NCBI RefSeq assembly: GCF_002682985.1
Contig: NZ_MKGN01000014.1
Location: 1 to 17,527, forward strand
Length of the DNA stretch: 17,527 bases
Source of the DNA: Candidatus Tremblayella phenacoccinincola
GTDB taxonomy: Bacteria; Pseudomonadota; Gammaproteobacteria; Burkholderiales; Burkholderiaceae
Direction of reading: 5' to 3'
Of this stretch, positions 8,127 to 16,048 are shown in pieces. Positions within the stretch are counted from its first letter, which is position 1. Every line of letters begins with the position of its first letter. A program made the translations under genes and the position numbers. Under the pieces are notes generated by a model that saw only the letters and a list, made by a program, of their open reading frames with translations, made no database searches and was not told the origin of the DNA.

Positions 8127-10775
8127 TCATATATACATAAACCAAACACCATCAGTTATATTAGATCCTGCTAATGGTTCTATATATTTAACAATAGAAG
8201 ACCTAATAGAAGAACTATCTAAGTTAGCTAAATATATATATATAGAAACAGCTTCTTTATAAACAATATAGTAATCAGTTGATATATGTCTTGTTAATAA
8301 AACAGCTTTATTAAACCAGACTATAGGTAGTTCCTTTCTTATTGTTCTTATTATTGTAACTACCTTCTTAACCCACTCAATATATACATAAGCTCTTTTA
8401 GCAATAAGACTATTGTTATATGTTGGGTATGCTTGAATAACGATACTATCTTCAGCTCTTTTATCTAATAAAGAACTAATATTAACCCAGATAAGGCCTG
8501 TAATAAATGGAACTATTGGGTGTGCTAACCGCAATAATAACTCTAAAGCTACCAATAAAGTAAAGCAAGTGCCTTTAAACATCATATTACCAGAGCAGAG
8601 TCCTATCTTAGAGAATTCTAAATACCAACTACAAAGCTCATTCCAAACAAAGAACCATAAAGTGGAAACAACTATATCAAAACGATAGCTATCTAAATAA
8701 ACCCGAAAAGACTTCACAGCTTCATTAAGAATATGTAATAACCACTTATCAGTTAAAGATAGTCTATGGTTCATTAGGAGATGTTCATAATACCTATCTT
8801 TAACATTAACTACAACAAACCTGCTAGCATTCCATAACTTATTACAAAAGCTTCTATAGTCTTCCAGCTTGTCCATAGACCAACATATGTAACGGCTATT
8901 AGAAGCTAAAGACACTAAAGTAATCCGTAATACGTCAGAACCATATGCTTTAACTCCAAAAGGTAGCTGCTTTTTAGTAGCATTTGTAACATCGATATAT
9001 AGCTTAGAAACCATCATATTATTAGTTCTTTTTATAAGCAGCTCTTTTAGAGAAATACCATTTATTAAGTCTATTGGGTCTATAGTGTTTCCTTTGCTTT
9101 TAGACATCTTATTTCCAGCTTCATCTTTTATTAGACCAGTAATATAAACAGCTTTAAAAGGTAGTTGTGGGTTACCTCTATTATCTTTAACAAAATAGGT
9201 AGTAAACATAATCATACGAGCAATCCAAAAGAATATTATATCAAAGCCACTAATAATTATGCTAGTAGGGTGAAATGCTTTTATCTCTTTAGTATAGTTA
9301 GGCCAACCAAGGCTAGAAAAGGTCCATAATGCTGAAGAAAACCAAGTATCTAAAACATCGCTTTCTTGTTTAAGAAAGGAATTGCTTTTCAACCTATATA
9401 TTATACGTACTTCTTTTTCATTATGTCCAATATACGCATCTCCATAGATATCGTACCAAACAGGTATTCTGTGGCCCCACCATAGCTGCCTAGATATACA
9501 CCAATCTTGTATATTAGACATCCAACTATAAAACATATTCTCATATTGCTTTGGTACAATCTTAATTAGGTTCTTATTAACGAAACCTACTGCTTTTATA
9601 GCCAACCTAGTAGTACGTACATACCATTGTTTAGTTACCATAGGTTCTATAATAACACTACTACGGTCTCCATAAGGTACTAATGAACCATAGGCTATCT
9701 TTTTATCTAATAAGCTTAAACGCTCAAGCTCGGATAAACCCAGCTCACGAGTAACAAACCGTTCTAACCCATGGAATACATTAGGGATATATATGCTATT
9801 AAACCAGATGCTTTTATTATACCAACTAAATAGGTGGTCTTTTATACTTAAATAACATCCTTTAGTAAAAGCACATATCAAATATGTATAATGTCGTTTA
9901 CCTATTCGAAAGCCACTAAACTCATGAGCAGTCGTAATAGACATACAGACAGCTTCTTTAAACATATCAATATAGGAGTCAGATATAATTGGAATACTTC
10001 GGTTTACTAATGGTAAGTCTACGCTTTTATTAGTTAAGCTTCTATATCTAGAATCAGTTGGGTTAACATATATACAAGCAACACCAACTATTGTTTCTGG
10101 ACGTGCATTAGCTACTACTAAATAAGTAAGACCATCTAATACAGAACCAACATCTAATGGAATGCGTAGATACCACATAAAGCTATTCACTATACGCAGC
10201 TCTACTTCCAAATCAGATATAGCAGAACGTAGTTTAGGATCCCAGTTTACCATATAGTTATCTCGGTATATCAACTTATTTACATATAGCTTAATAAATG
10301 CTTCTTTTACTGCAAAGCAAAAGTCAGAGTCCATAGTAAACCGAGTTCGAGACCAATCAATAGAATTACCTAAACGGTGCATTTGACTATATATAATGCT
10401 AATATACTTTGAAACCCATTTCCAAGACTCAGCTATTAAACAACAACGCATATAAACAGTTACGCTTTTATAGTTAGAGTATATATCACGCTCAACTAAA
10501 AGCTGAGTAGCAATTCCGGCATGGTCTGTACCTACCTGCCATAATACATAGCTTCCCTTCATTCGTTGATATCTTATAAGCATATCCATAATCGACTGCT
10601 GAAATGCATGTCCTAAATGTAAAAGCCCAGTTACGTTTGGTGGGGGTATTACTATAGAATAACAGCTTTTACTTTCAGCTATATATATGATAGGAGAGGC
10701 ATTAAAATAACCTTTTTCTTCCCAGCATATAGCTATAAGCTGTTCAATAGGGTTAGGACAATAGGCTTTTATCAT
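8127..10775 (-). CDS. valS: Valine--tRNA ligase (short form, 882 aa)
   Basis: Shared blocks are PPPNVTGLLHLGHAF (HIGH), GTDHAGIATQ, WCISRQLWWGHRIP, LDTWFSS, and KMSKSKGN (KMSKS). Collinear with E. coli ValRS but appears to end before the C-terminal coiled coil. Its stop is 2 nt from the glnS stop (convergent). Confidence 0.97.
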   Translation of the reverse strand: MIKAYCPNPIEQLIAICWEEKGYFNASPIIYIAESKSCYSIVIPPPNVTGLLHLGHAFQQSIMDMLIRYQRMKGSYVLWQVGTDHAGIATQLLVERDIYSNYKSVTVYMRCCLIAESWKWVSKYISIIYSQMHRLGNSIDWSRTRFTMDSDFCFAVKEAFIKLYVNKLIYRDNYMVNWDPKLRSAISDLEVELRIVNSFMWYLRIPLDVGSVLDGLTYLVVANARPETIVGVACIYVNPTDSRYRSLTNKSVDLPLVNRSIPIISDSYIDMFKEAVCMSITTAHEFSGFRIGKRHYTYLICAFTKGCYLSIKDHLFSWYNKSIWFNSIYIPNVFHGLERFVTRELGLSELERLSLLDKKIAYGSLVPYGDRSSVIIEPMVTKQWYVRTTRLAIKAVGFVNKNLIKIVPKQYENMFYSWMSNIQDWCISRQLWWGHRIPVWYDIYGDAYIGHNEKEVRIIYRLKSNSFLKQESDVLDTWFSSALWTFSSLGWPNYTKEIKAFHPTSIIISGFDIIFFWIARMIMFTTYFVKDNRGNPQLPFKAVYITGLIKDEAGNKMSKSKGNTIDPIDLINGISLKELLIKRTNNMMVSKLYIDVTNATKKQLPFGVKAYGSDVLRITLVSLASNSRYICWSMDKLEDYRSFCNKLWNASRFVVVNVKDRYYEHLLMNHRLSLTDKWLLHILNEAVKSFRVYLDSYRFDIVVSTLWFFVWNELCSWYLEFSKIGLCSGNMMFKGTCFTLLVALELLLRLAHPIVPFITGLIWVNISSLLDKRAEDSIVIQAYPTYNNSLIAKRAYVYIEWVKKVVTIIRTIRKELPIVWFNKAVLLTRHISTDYYIVYKEAVSIYIYLANLDSSSIRSSIVKYIEPLAGSNITDGVWFMYI

Positions 10776-10862
10776 TTCACTTTAAAGAATATCTATATAT
10801 ATTAGGCACGTTGTAAAATATAACTTAGTAATAAAACCCATTTATTTGCAGTAGAATGATTA

Positions 10863-10894
10863 ATGCTTATGTTTATGCATATGCATACGCATAC
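10863..10894. repeat. Imperfect hexanucleotide array (about 5 units)
   Basis: The units are atgctt atgttt atgcat atgcat acgcat ac, between the 3' end of tRNA-Met and the valS start. Confidence 0.7.
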
Positions 10895-10911
10895 TTTATA
10901 ACATATCAACT

Positions 10912-10983
10912 AGACTATGACTGGGTTTGAACCAGTGTCCTCAACGTTATGAGTGTTGCGTTCTGCCTCTGAACTACATAGTC
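10912..10983 (-). tRNA. metU: tRNA-Met, elongator (anticodon CAU)
   Basis: Reverse complement folds as GACTATG/TA/GTTC-AGAGGCA-GAAC/G/CAACA-CTCATAA-CGTTG/AGGAC/ACTGG-TTCAAAC-CCAGT/CATAGTC/T. G1:C72 rules out an initiator. U4:A69 and A5:U68 match E. coli elongator tRNA-Met. Its position after Leu(UAG) and Gln mirrors the E. coli metT-leuW-glnUW-metU operon. Oddities are an A31.C39 mismatch and an apparent U73. No CCA is encoded. Confidence 0.8.
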
Positions 10984-10990
10984 GTATGCG

Positions 10991-11061
10991 CTGGAGTACC
11001 AGGGATCGAACCTGGGCTCGTGGGGTCAAAGCCCATTGCCTTACCTCTTGGCTATACTCCA
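10991..11061 (-). tRNA. glnU: tRNA-Gln (anticodon UUG)
   Basis: Reverse complement folds as TGGAGTA/TA/GCCA-AGAGGT-AAGGC.../ATGGG-CTTTGAC-CCCAC/GAGC/CCAGG-TTCGATC-CCTGG/TACTCCA/G. The U1:A72 pair and G73 are typical of bacterial tRNA-Gln. It lies 7 nt from tRNA-Met and 5 nt from tRNA-Leu. Confidence 0.88.
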
Positions 11062-11066
11062 AAGAT

Positions 11067-11149
11067 TACGGGAAGCGAGGCTTGAACTCGCATACCAATA
11101 AAGCACTAGGCTCTAAACCTAGCGTGTCTACCAGTTTCACCATTCCCGC
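11067..11149 (-). tRNA. leuW: tRNA-Leu (anticodon UAG), type II with long variable arm
   Basis: Reverse complement folds as GCGGGAA/TG/GTG-AAACTGGTAGA-CAC/G/CTAGG-TTTAGAG-CCTAG/TGCTTTATTGGTAT/GCGAG-TTCAAGC-CTCGC/TTCCCGT/A. The first pair is a G1.U72 wobble. Length is 83 nt. Confidence 0.88.
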
Positions 11150-11203
11150 TAATAATATCATAATAAGAACCCCCAACATAAGATGCTCCCCCATAATAAA
11201 GCT

Positions 11204-11407
11204 ATGAAAAAGCACATACACCCAACCTATAACAATATAAAAGCTATCTGCTCTTGCGGTAATATAATAAGCATCCATTCTACGTTAACTAAACCCGTAT
11301 CTATAGACGCTTGTAATAGGTGTCATCCATTCTATACAGGAAAGCAACGTGTTCTTGATACTGCTGGTAGAGTAGAGCGCTTCAACAAAAGATTTAATAG
11401 AAGCTAG
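11204..11407 (+). CDS. rpmE: 50S ribosomal protein L31 (Zn-ribbon type)
   Basis: [20 protein letters not shown]...[13 protein letters not shown]...[10 protein letters not shown] aligns from residue 1 with E. coli L31, and the CxC...CxxC cysteines are retained. The track ORF starts 21 nt earlier at 11183, but homology begins at ATG 11204. Confidence 0.93.
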   Translation: MKKHIHPTYNNIKAICSCGNIISIHSTLTKPVSIDACNRCHPFYTGKQRVLDTAGRVERFNKRFNRS

Positions 11408-11415
11408 GGTTCACC

Positions 11416-11442
11416 CAATGTGGGAAAAGCAATGTGGGAAAG
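11416..11442. repeat. Tandem duplication, 14 + 13 nt
   Basis: The units are caatgtgggaaaag / caatgtgggaaag, starting 8 nt after the rpmE stop codon. Confidence 0.8.
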
Positions 11443-11547
11443 CAGCTAGCAGTTCAGAAGAGCATTAACAATAAGCATCTATTGGAACATAAGTAACACC
11501 AAAACACCAACTAACAAACAACTAACTACTTCTAGTCTGGTCAATCT

Positions 11548-12564
11548 ATGCGGTTCTTAGGTATTGAAACATCTTGTGATGACACTGGAATATCTATAGT
11601 TGAACAAAATAAAGACTTAATAATAAGCTATATATATAACCAACTAAAAGACCACATAAGTTATGGGGGAGTTGTTCCAGAGTTAGCATCTAAAAAGCAT
11701 TTAGAAGTAATAATAAAGCTAATAAAAAAGACTATCTTAAAACCTAAGCTAACTATAAAAAGCCTAACAGTGTTGGCATATACAGCAGGTTCTGGTATGT
11801 TTGGATCACTGCTTATTGGAACAACTATAGGATGTGCTTTAGCTTACTCATTAAATATCTCTTCTTTAGCAATAAACCATTTAGAAGGCCACATATTAAC
11901 CCCAATGCTAAATAATAAGGTTTGCTTTCCATATATAGTGGCTATAGTATCTGGAGGTCATTCAGAAATGCTTTTAGTATATAAGCTAGGTGTCTATATA
12001 CGTATAGGAAAAACAATAGATGATTCTGTTGGAGAAGTATTTGATAAAGCAGCGAAGCTATTAGAATTAAGTTATCCAAGTGGAATCTCTTTATCGAACA
12101 TAGCATCCGCTGGAATACCAAATAACTATAGGCTACCTTATCCAATGCAAACTAAGCCAACCATAAACATTAGCCTTTCTGGTCTAAAAACATTAGTAAC
12201 AACCCTATTAAAAAAGAAACTAAAGACAACCCAAACAAAAGCGGACATTGCAAAAGCTCTTGAAGATACAATAATAACTGTGCTTTTAAATATATGTAAT
12301 AAGGCACTAGCTTCTAATAATGTTAATAGATTAGCAATAGTAGGTGGAGTAAGTGCAAATGGTTCCTTGAGAAACTATATGAAAGTCCTAATGAAACCTA
12401 TAAAAGGAGCAGTATATAGTTCAGATATAAAGCTATGTTCAGACAATGGCGCAATGATAGCCTTCAGTGGGTTAACTAAAAACATTCCTATAAAGACCAT
12501 AATAAACAAAAGCTTATCAGTTTTAATAAAACCAACCTGGAACTTAGCCTATAATATAATGTGA
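11548..12564 (+). CDS. tsaD: tRNA N6-adenosine threonylcarbamoyltransferase (Kae1/TsaD/Gcp family)
   Basis: 338-aa ORF. Shared blocks are MRFLGIETSCDDTGISI, YGGVVPELASKKH, NHLEGH (metal-binding His pair), VSGGHSE, DDSVGEVFDKAAKLL, GGVSANG.LR and CSDNGAMIA. Collinear with E. coli TsaD. Confidence 0.95.
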   Translation: MRFLGIETSCDDTGISIVEQNKDLIISYIYNQLKDHISYGGVVPELASKKHLEVIIKLIKKTILKPKLTIKSLTVLAYTAGSGMFGSLLIGTTIGCALAYSLNISSLAINHLEGHILTPMLNNKVCFPYIVAIVSGGHSEMLLVYKLGVYIRIGKTIDDSVGEVFDKAAKLLELSYPSGISLSNIASAGIPNNYRLPYPMQTKPTINISLSGLKTLVTTLLKKKLKTTQTKADIAKALEDTIITVLLNICNKALASNNVNRLAIVGGVSANGSLRNYMKVLMKPIKGAVYSSDIKLCSDNGAMIAFSGLTKNIPIKTIINKSLSVLIKPTWNLAYNIM

Positions 12565-12613
12565 GTTGGAGCTTCTATTGAGCCTAACCCATATGGATAA
12601 ACCTAACTAATAG

Positions 12614-13882
12614 CTATTCCCAATATATCAAACAATATTCTTTTATGCCTCGTCTAATCAAAGTATAAGAACCACATAATATATCAGAACCACAAAGCCT
12701 ATAATTCTCTGAAAGCTGTTTTATGCCGTTAATAGCTATTGACTTAGAACAGATCATCCTTTTAGCTTGGGTAATAGAAGAAGCTAGCTTTAGTTCAACT
12801 AATACCTTTTTTAAACCTTTTAAGCTTAGTTCTTTTTTAAGCCTCATCATTGGAAGACCACCATTAGATAATTGTATAAGGTCAGCTTTATTAAGAACAG
12901 CATATTCATTAGAATATAAGCAGTTAGTAATCCGTTTAGCAGCTATTAGTTCTTTATTACCATGAACTATGCGTGTGACTTCTTCAGCTAATATATATTG
13001 AATACGAGAATAACTATAAAAGCTTTGGTATTTAAGAGCCTTAATATCAGAAGCATTCATTAACGTAAAATAGCTAGCATATCGAAAAGCATCTTCATCT
13101 GATACGTTGACCCAATATTGATAAAATATATAAGGACTAGTTTTATTAGGATCCAACCAAACTATATTATCTCCAGTCTTACTAAGTTTAGTGCCATCTG
13201 GGTTAGTTAATAAAGGCAATGTTAACCCAAAAGAGTCTTTATTATATAGCTTATATATTAAGCTTATGCCAGCAGTTATGTTACCCCATTGGTCAGAACC
13301 CCCAATCTGTAATATAGCTTTATAGTTCTTAAATAGATAAGCAAAATCATAGCTTTGTAATATACTATATGTAAGTTCAGAAAAAGATAAGGAAAGCCCA
13401 CTCTTATAGATACGTTGCTTTATAAAGTCTTTGCTAATCATATTATTAATAGAAAACAACCTACCTATCTCACTTATAAACGTTAATAGCTTCATTGAAT
13501 AAAACCAATCAAAGTTATTAACAACCAATATACTATCATTACTGCCTCTATTTAATATTGCTAATATCTGTTGCTTTAGTTTATTAGACCAAGAATAAGA
13601 GCTGTCTTTAATATCTAAAAGGCGTTCATTAATCCTAAAGCTAGGGTCACCTATTAACCCAGTGCCTCCTCCAATAAGAACTATAGACCGATGTCCAAAC
13701 AGTTGAAACCGCTTTAAGCATAGAAGAGGCAATAGGTGACCAATATGTAAGCTATCAGAAGTGGGGTCAAACCCACAATAAAGACTAATAGGTTCAGCTA
13801 ATCTATTAAATAGGTCCTTTTTATTTGTTACGTCCGCTATTAAACCTAACTCATCAAGCTGATGCATTATGCCACTAAACAT
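12614..13882 (-). CDS. tyrS: Tyrosine--tRNA ligase
   Basis: Shared blocks are YCGFDPTSDSLHIGHLLPLLCLKRFQ (HIGH), GGGTGLIGDPSF, LQIGGSDQWGNIT, DGTKLSKT (KMSKS-like), WLDP.KTSPY.FYQYW, and a C-terminal S4-like domain ending YCLIYWE. The ORF is open to TTG 13924. ATG 13882 fits the E. coli N-terminus and has GGAG (complement of 13891-13894) 8 nt upstream. Confidence 0.95.
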   Translation of the reverse strand: MFSGIMHQLDELGLIADVTNKKDLFNRLAEPISLYCGFDPTSDSLHIGHLLPLLCLKRFQLFGHRSIVLIGGGTGLIGDPSFRINERLLDIKDSSYSWSNKLKQQILAILNRGSNDSILVVNNFDWFYSMKLLTFISEIGRLFSINNMISKDFIKQRIYKSGLSLSFSELTYSILQSYDFAYLFKNYKAILQIGGSDQWGNITAGISLIYKLYNKDSFGLTLPLLTNPDGTKLSKTGDNIVWLDPNKTSPYIFYQYWVNVSDEDAFRYASYFTLMNASDIKALKYQSFYSYSRIQYILAEEVTRIVHGNKELIAAKRITNCLYSNEYAVLNKADLIQLSNGGLPMMRLKKELSLKGLKKVLVELKLASSITQAKRMICSKSIAINGIKQLSENYRLCGSDILCGSYTLIRRGIKEYCLIYWE

Positions 13883-13971
13883 ATAAACCACTCCATAGTA
13901 ATATAAGGAATTATGTAGTATCAATAAAACCCAAACAGATGCTTCTTTGGTTCCTAACAGAATATCAAGAG

Positions 13972-14433
13972 CTAAGACCTACAACAACGGAATAGTTTAG
14001 TTAGTTGTAAAGAGCATTCTTCTTGTAATACACCTGAAGTAAAAGATAAGTCCTGTCTAATATTAGTATAATGTCTTAAGCTATTGAAGTATCTAACAGC
14101 ACCTACTTTATTATCATTAGCTCCATATATAATCCTACTAACACGGGCATGTATTATGGAGCCTAGACACATTAGACAAGGTTCTAAAGTTACATATATT
14201 ACTGCCTCTAAAAAGCGATATGTTTTAATTAGTTTACCCGCTGTTCGTAATGCTAATACTTCAGCATGTGCTGTTGGGTCATTAAGATATATAGAAGAGT
14301 TCCATCCTTCCCCAACGATAACATCATTTAAAACTAACACAGCTCCAATTGGAACTTCACCTTTATATGCTGCTCGTTCAGCTAAGTTAATAGCATGTTT
14401 CATCCAAAAGGCATCTCTATCAAAAAGCCACAT
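13972..14433 (-). CDS. tadA: tRNA-specific adenosine deaminase (A34 to I34 in tRNA-Arg ACG)
   Basis: 153-aa ORF. It has FWMKHAINLAERA, EVPIGAVLV, the zinc motifs DPTAHAEVLALR and TLEPCLMCLGSI, and is collinear with E. coli TadA. Confidence 0.92.
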   Translation of the reverse strand: MWLFDRDAFWMKHAINLAERAAYKGEVPIGAVLVLNDVIVGEGWNSSIYLNDPTAHAEVLALRTAGKLIKTYRFLEAVIYVTLEPCLMCLGSIIHARVSRIIYGANDNKVGAVRYFNSLRHYTNIRQDLSFTSGVLQEECSLQLTKLFRCCRS

Positions 14434-14649
14434 AGCACATATCCAGTTATGATGTTCATTATGCTTTATGTTTGAATACTTGTTCTAAATAAGCCTCTAA
14501 CAGCAACCCAAGAAGCCTCCCCCAAAGTGGTTCACAGCTACTATATACATATAAACCCTAGAGACCTCTAACCTCTTCTACCTCCACTCCATAGAAAGAA
14601 CTCAGCTAAAGACCTCAAGCTCCCCCCAAGTTCAATGTATAACCATAAA

Positions 14650-14723
14650 ACATCCGTAGTTCAGCTGGTTAGAACATCACTATGACATAGTGAAAGTCAG
14701 AGGTTCAAGACCTTTCGGATGTA
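14650..14723 (+). tRNA. valV: tRNA-Val (anticodon GAC)
   Basis: Folds as ACATCCG/TA/GTTC-AGCTGGTTA-GAAC/A/TCACT-ATGACAT-AGTGA/AAGTC/AGAGG-TTCAAGA-CCTTT/CGGATGT/A. It ends 18 nt before the pyk ATG on the same strand. Confidence 0.85.
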
Positions 14724-14741
14724 CTTAAGTCATAGGCTCCT

Positions 14742-15770
14742 ATGAAAAGAACTAAGATAGTATGTACAATCGGACCAAGTACTGAAACTATAAAGACTCT
14801 ATCAAAGCTTCTAAAAGAAGGAATGAATATAATTAGAGTTAACCTTTCACATGGAACCCACAAAGAACATGAAGCTAAACTAAAAGCTATACGCTATATC
14901 CTAATAAAGAATATAAAGTACGCATCAGTTATGTTAGACTCCAAAGGACCAGAAATAAGAACAATGTGGTTAGATAATGGATTAGAAGTAAACCTAACAA
15001 TAGGTCAAGAGTTTAGCTTAGTTAATAACCATAACATAACAGGAAATAAAAGCCTAGTCGCAGTTACATACAAACTACTAACAAAAGATATCTGTATTGG
15101 TAACAAGATTCTTATAGATGATGGTTTAATAAAGCTAGTCGTTATAGATAAAGCTAGAAGCATAATAAGATGTAGAGTATTAAATAACGGTAAGCTAGGA
15201 GAAAACAAAAGCATTAACATTCCAACTATTAACCTAAGCTTACCAACTCTATCAGAAAAGGATAAAAAGGATATCATCTTTGGATGTGAACAAAAGGTTG
15301 AGTATATAGCTGCTTCTTTTATTAGGAACCTAAGGGACATATGTATAATTAAGAACCTAATGCTTATGTATAAAGGAGAGTCCATAAAGTTAATATCAAA
15401 GATAGAAAACCAAGAGGGCCTAACTAACTTTAACGCTATATTAAAAAGAACATATGGAGTCATGATAGCTAGAGGTGACTTAGGGGTAGAAATACCAATA
15501 GAAGAAGTAATATTGGCACAAAAGCTAATAATAAACAAATGTAATCAAGCAAAAGTCCCAGTAATAACGGCAACCCAAATGTTAGAATCAATGGTAGATA
15601 ACCCAAGACCAACAAGAGCAGAAGCTGGAGATGTAGCTAATGCTATTCTAGATGGTTCTGATGCGGTGATGTTATCTGGTGAAACTGCAAAAGGAAAACA
15701 TCCAATAGAAGCTGTAAAGCTAATGCACAACATATGCATACGCACTGATAACCTTATACTATTTCGTTAA
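14742..15770 (+). CDS. pykF: Pyruvate kinase, PykF-like, A and B domains only (C-terminal allosteric domain absent)
   Basis: 342-aa ORF that matches E. coli PykF from residue 1. Shared blocks are [72 protein letters not shown] and [37 protein letters not shown]. It stops at the equivalent of about PykF residue 345 ([12 protein letters not shown]). A convergent tRNA-Ala begins 5 nt later. Confidence 0.9.
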   Translation: MKRTKIVCTIGPSTETIKTLSKLLKEGMNIIRVNLSHGTHKEHEAKLKAIRYILIKNIKYASVMLDSKGPEIRTMWLDNGLEVNLTIGQEFSLVNNHNITGNKSLVAVTYKLLTKDICIGNKILIDDGLIKLVVIDKARSIIRCRVLNNGKLGENKSINIPTINLSLPTLSEKDKKDIIFGCEQKVEYIAASFIRNLRDICIIKNLMLMYKGESIKLISKIENQEGLTNFNAILKRTYGVMIARGDLGVEIPIEEVILAQKLIINKCNQAKVPVITATQMLESMVDNPRPTRAEAGDVANAILDGSDAVMLSGETAKGKHPIEAVKLMHNICIRTDNLILFR

Positions 15771-15775
15771 TAGTC

Positions 15776-15847
15776 TGGAACTAGTCGGCTTCGAACCGAC
15801 GTCACCTGTGTGCAAAACAGATATTCTACCAACTATACTATAGTCCC
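15776..15847 (-). tRNA. alaT: tRNA-Ala (anticodon UGC)
   Basis: Reverse complement folds as GGGACTA/TA/GTAT-AGTTGGTA-GAAT/A/TCTGT-TTTGCAC-ACAGG/TGAC/GTCGG-TTCGAAG-CCGAC/TAGTTCC/A. The G3.U70 alanine identity pair is present. The D stem is weak (wobbles and one mismatch). Confidence 0.85.
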
Positions 15848-15892
15848 TCATATGGTTATGCTTTCAAGAAATACCAATAGAAGCTCCCCAAC

Positions 15893-15964
15893 TAGACTTG
15901 ACTGGGTTTGAACCAGTGACTTCATTCTTATCAAGAATGCGTTCTACCACTGAACTACAAGTCT
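15893..15964 (-). tRNA. ileT: tRNA-Ile (anticodon GAU)
   Basis: Reverse complement folds as AGACTTG/TA/GTTC-AGTGGTA-GAAC/G/CATTC-TTGATAA-GAATG/AAGTC/ACTGG-TTCAAAC-CCAGT/CAAGTCT/A. A1 matches E. coli tRNA-Ile1. The T arm is identical to that of tRNA-Met at 10912-10983. Confidence 0.88.
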
Positions 15965-16048
15965 ATCCTAATAAACATATGGGACTTCTACTCTTAAAGA
16001 TCTTAATATAGGCTAGCTAAGCAATAACCCAATAACAACATAAACTAA

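Noticed and set aside
8611-8620. A single GAATTC (EcoRI) site containing one of the rare AATT occurrences.
   Set aside because: It is an isolated occurrence inside valS coding sequence with no evidence of special function. It is noted only as part of the AATT tally.
11183-11203. Upstream ORF extensions from the track: rpmE from 11183, lysC to 3916, tyrS to 13924 (TTG).
   Set aside because: Homolog N-termini align with the internal ATGs (11204, 3883, 13882). For lysC and tyrS those ATGs have AGGA or GGAG at 6-8 nt. The extensions add non-homologous residues. The hisS extension (318 versus 360) is left open rather than rejected.
10953-11278. ORFs 10953-11207 (+, 84 aa) and 11066-11278 (-, 70 aa).
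   Set aside because: They run straight through the tRNA-Met/Gln/Leu genes and, for the + ORF, into the rpmE leader. The GC-rich tRNA sequence simply lacks stop codons.
14434-14649. A possible small RNA gene (tmRNA, RNase P RNA, 4.5S, 6S) or leader peptide in the 216-nt tadA/tRNA-Val spacer and other long spacers.
   Set aside because: I could not find the diagnostic conserved strings (for example the RNase P GAGGAAAGUCC block, the 4.5S GGAAGCAGCC block or a tmRNA tag reading frame with a tRNA-like end) or any convincing extended hairpin. This cannot be excluded without a covariance-model scan.
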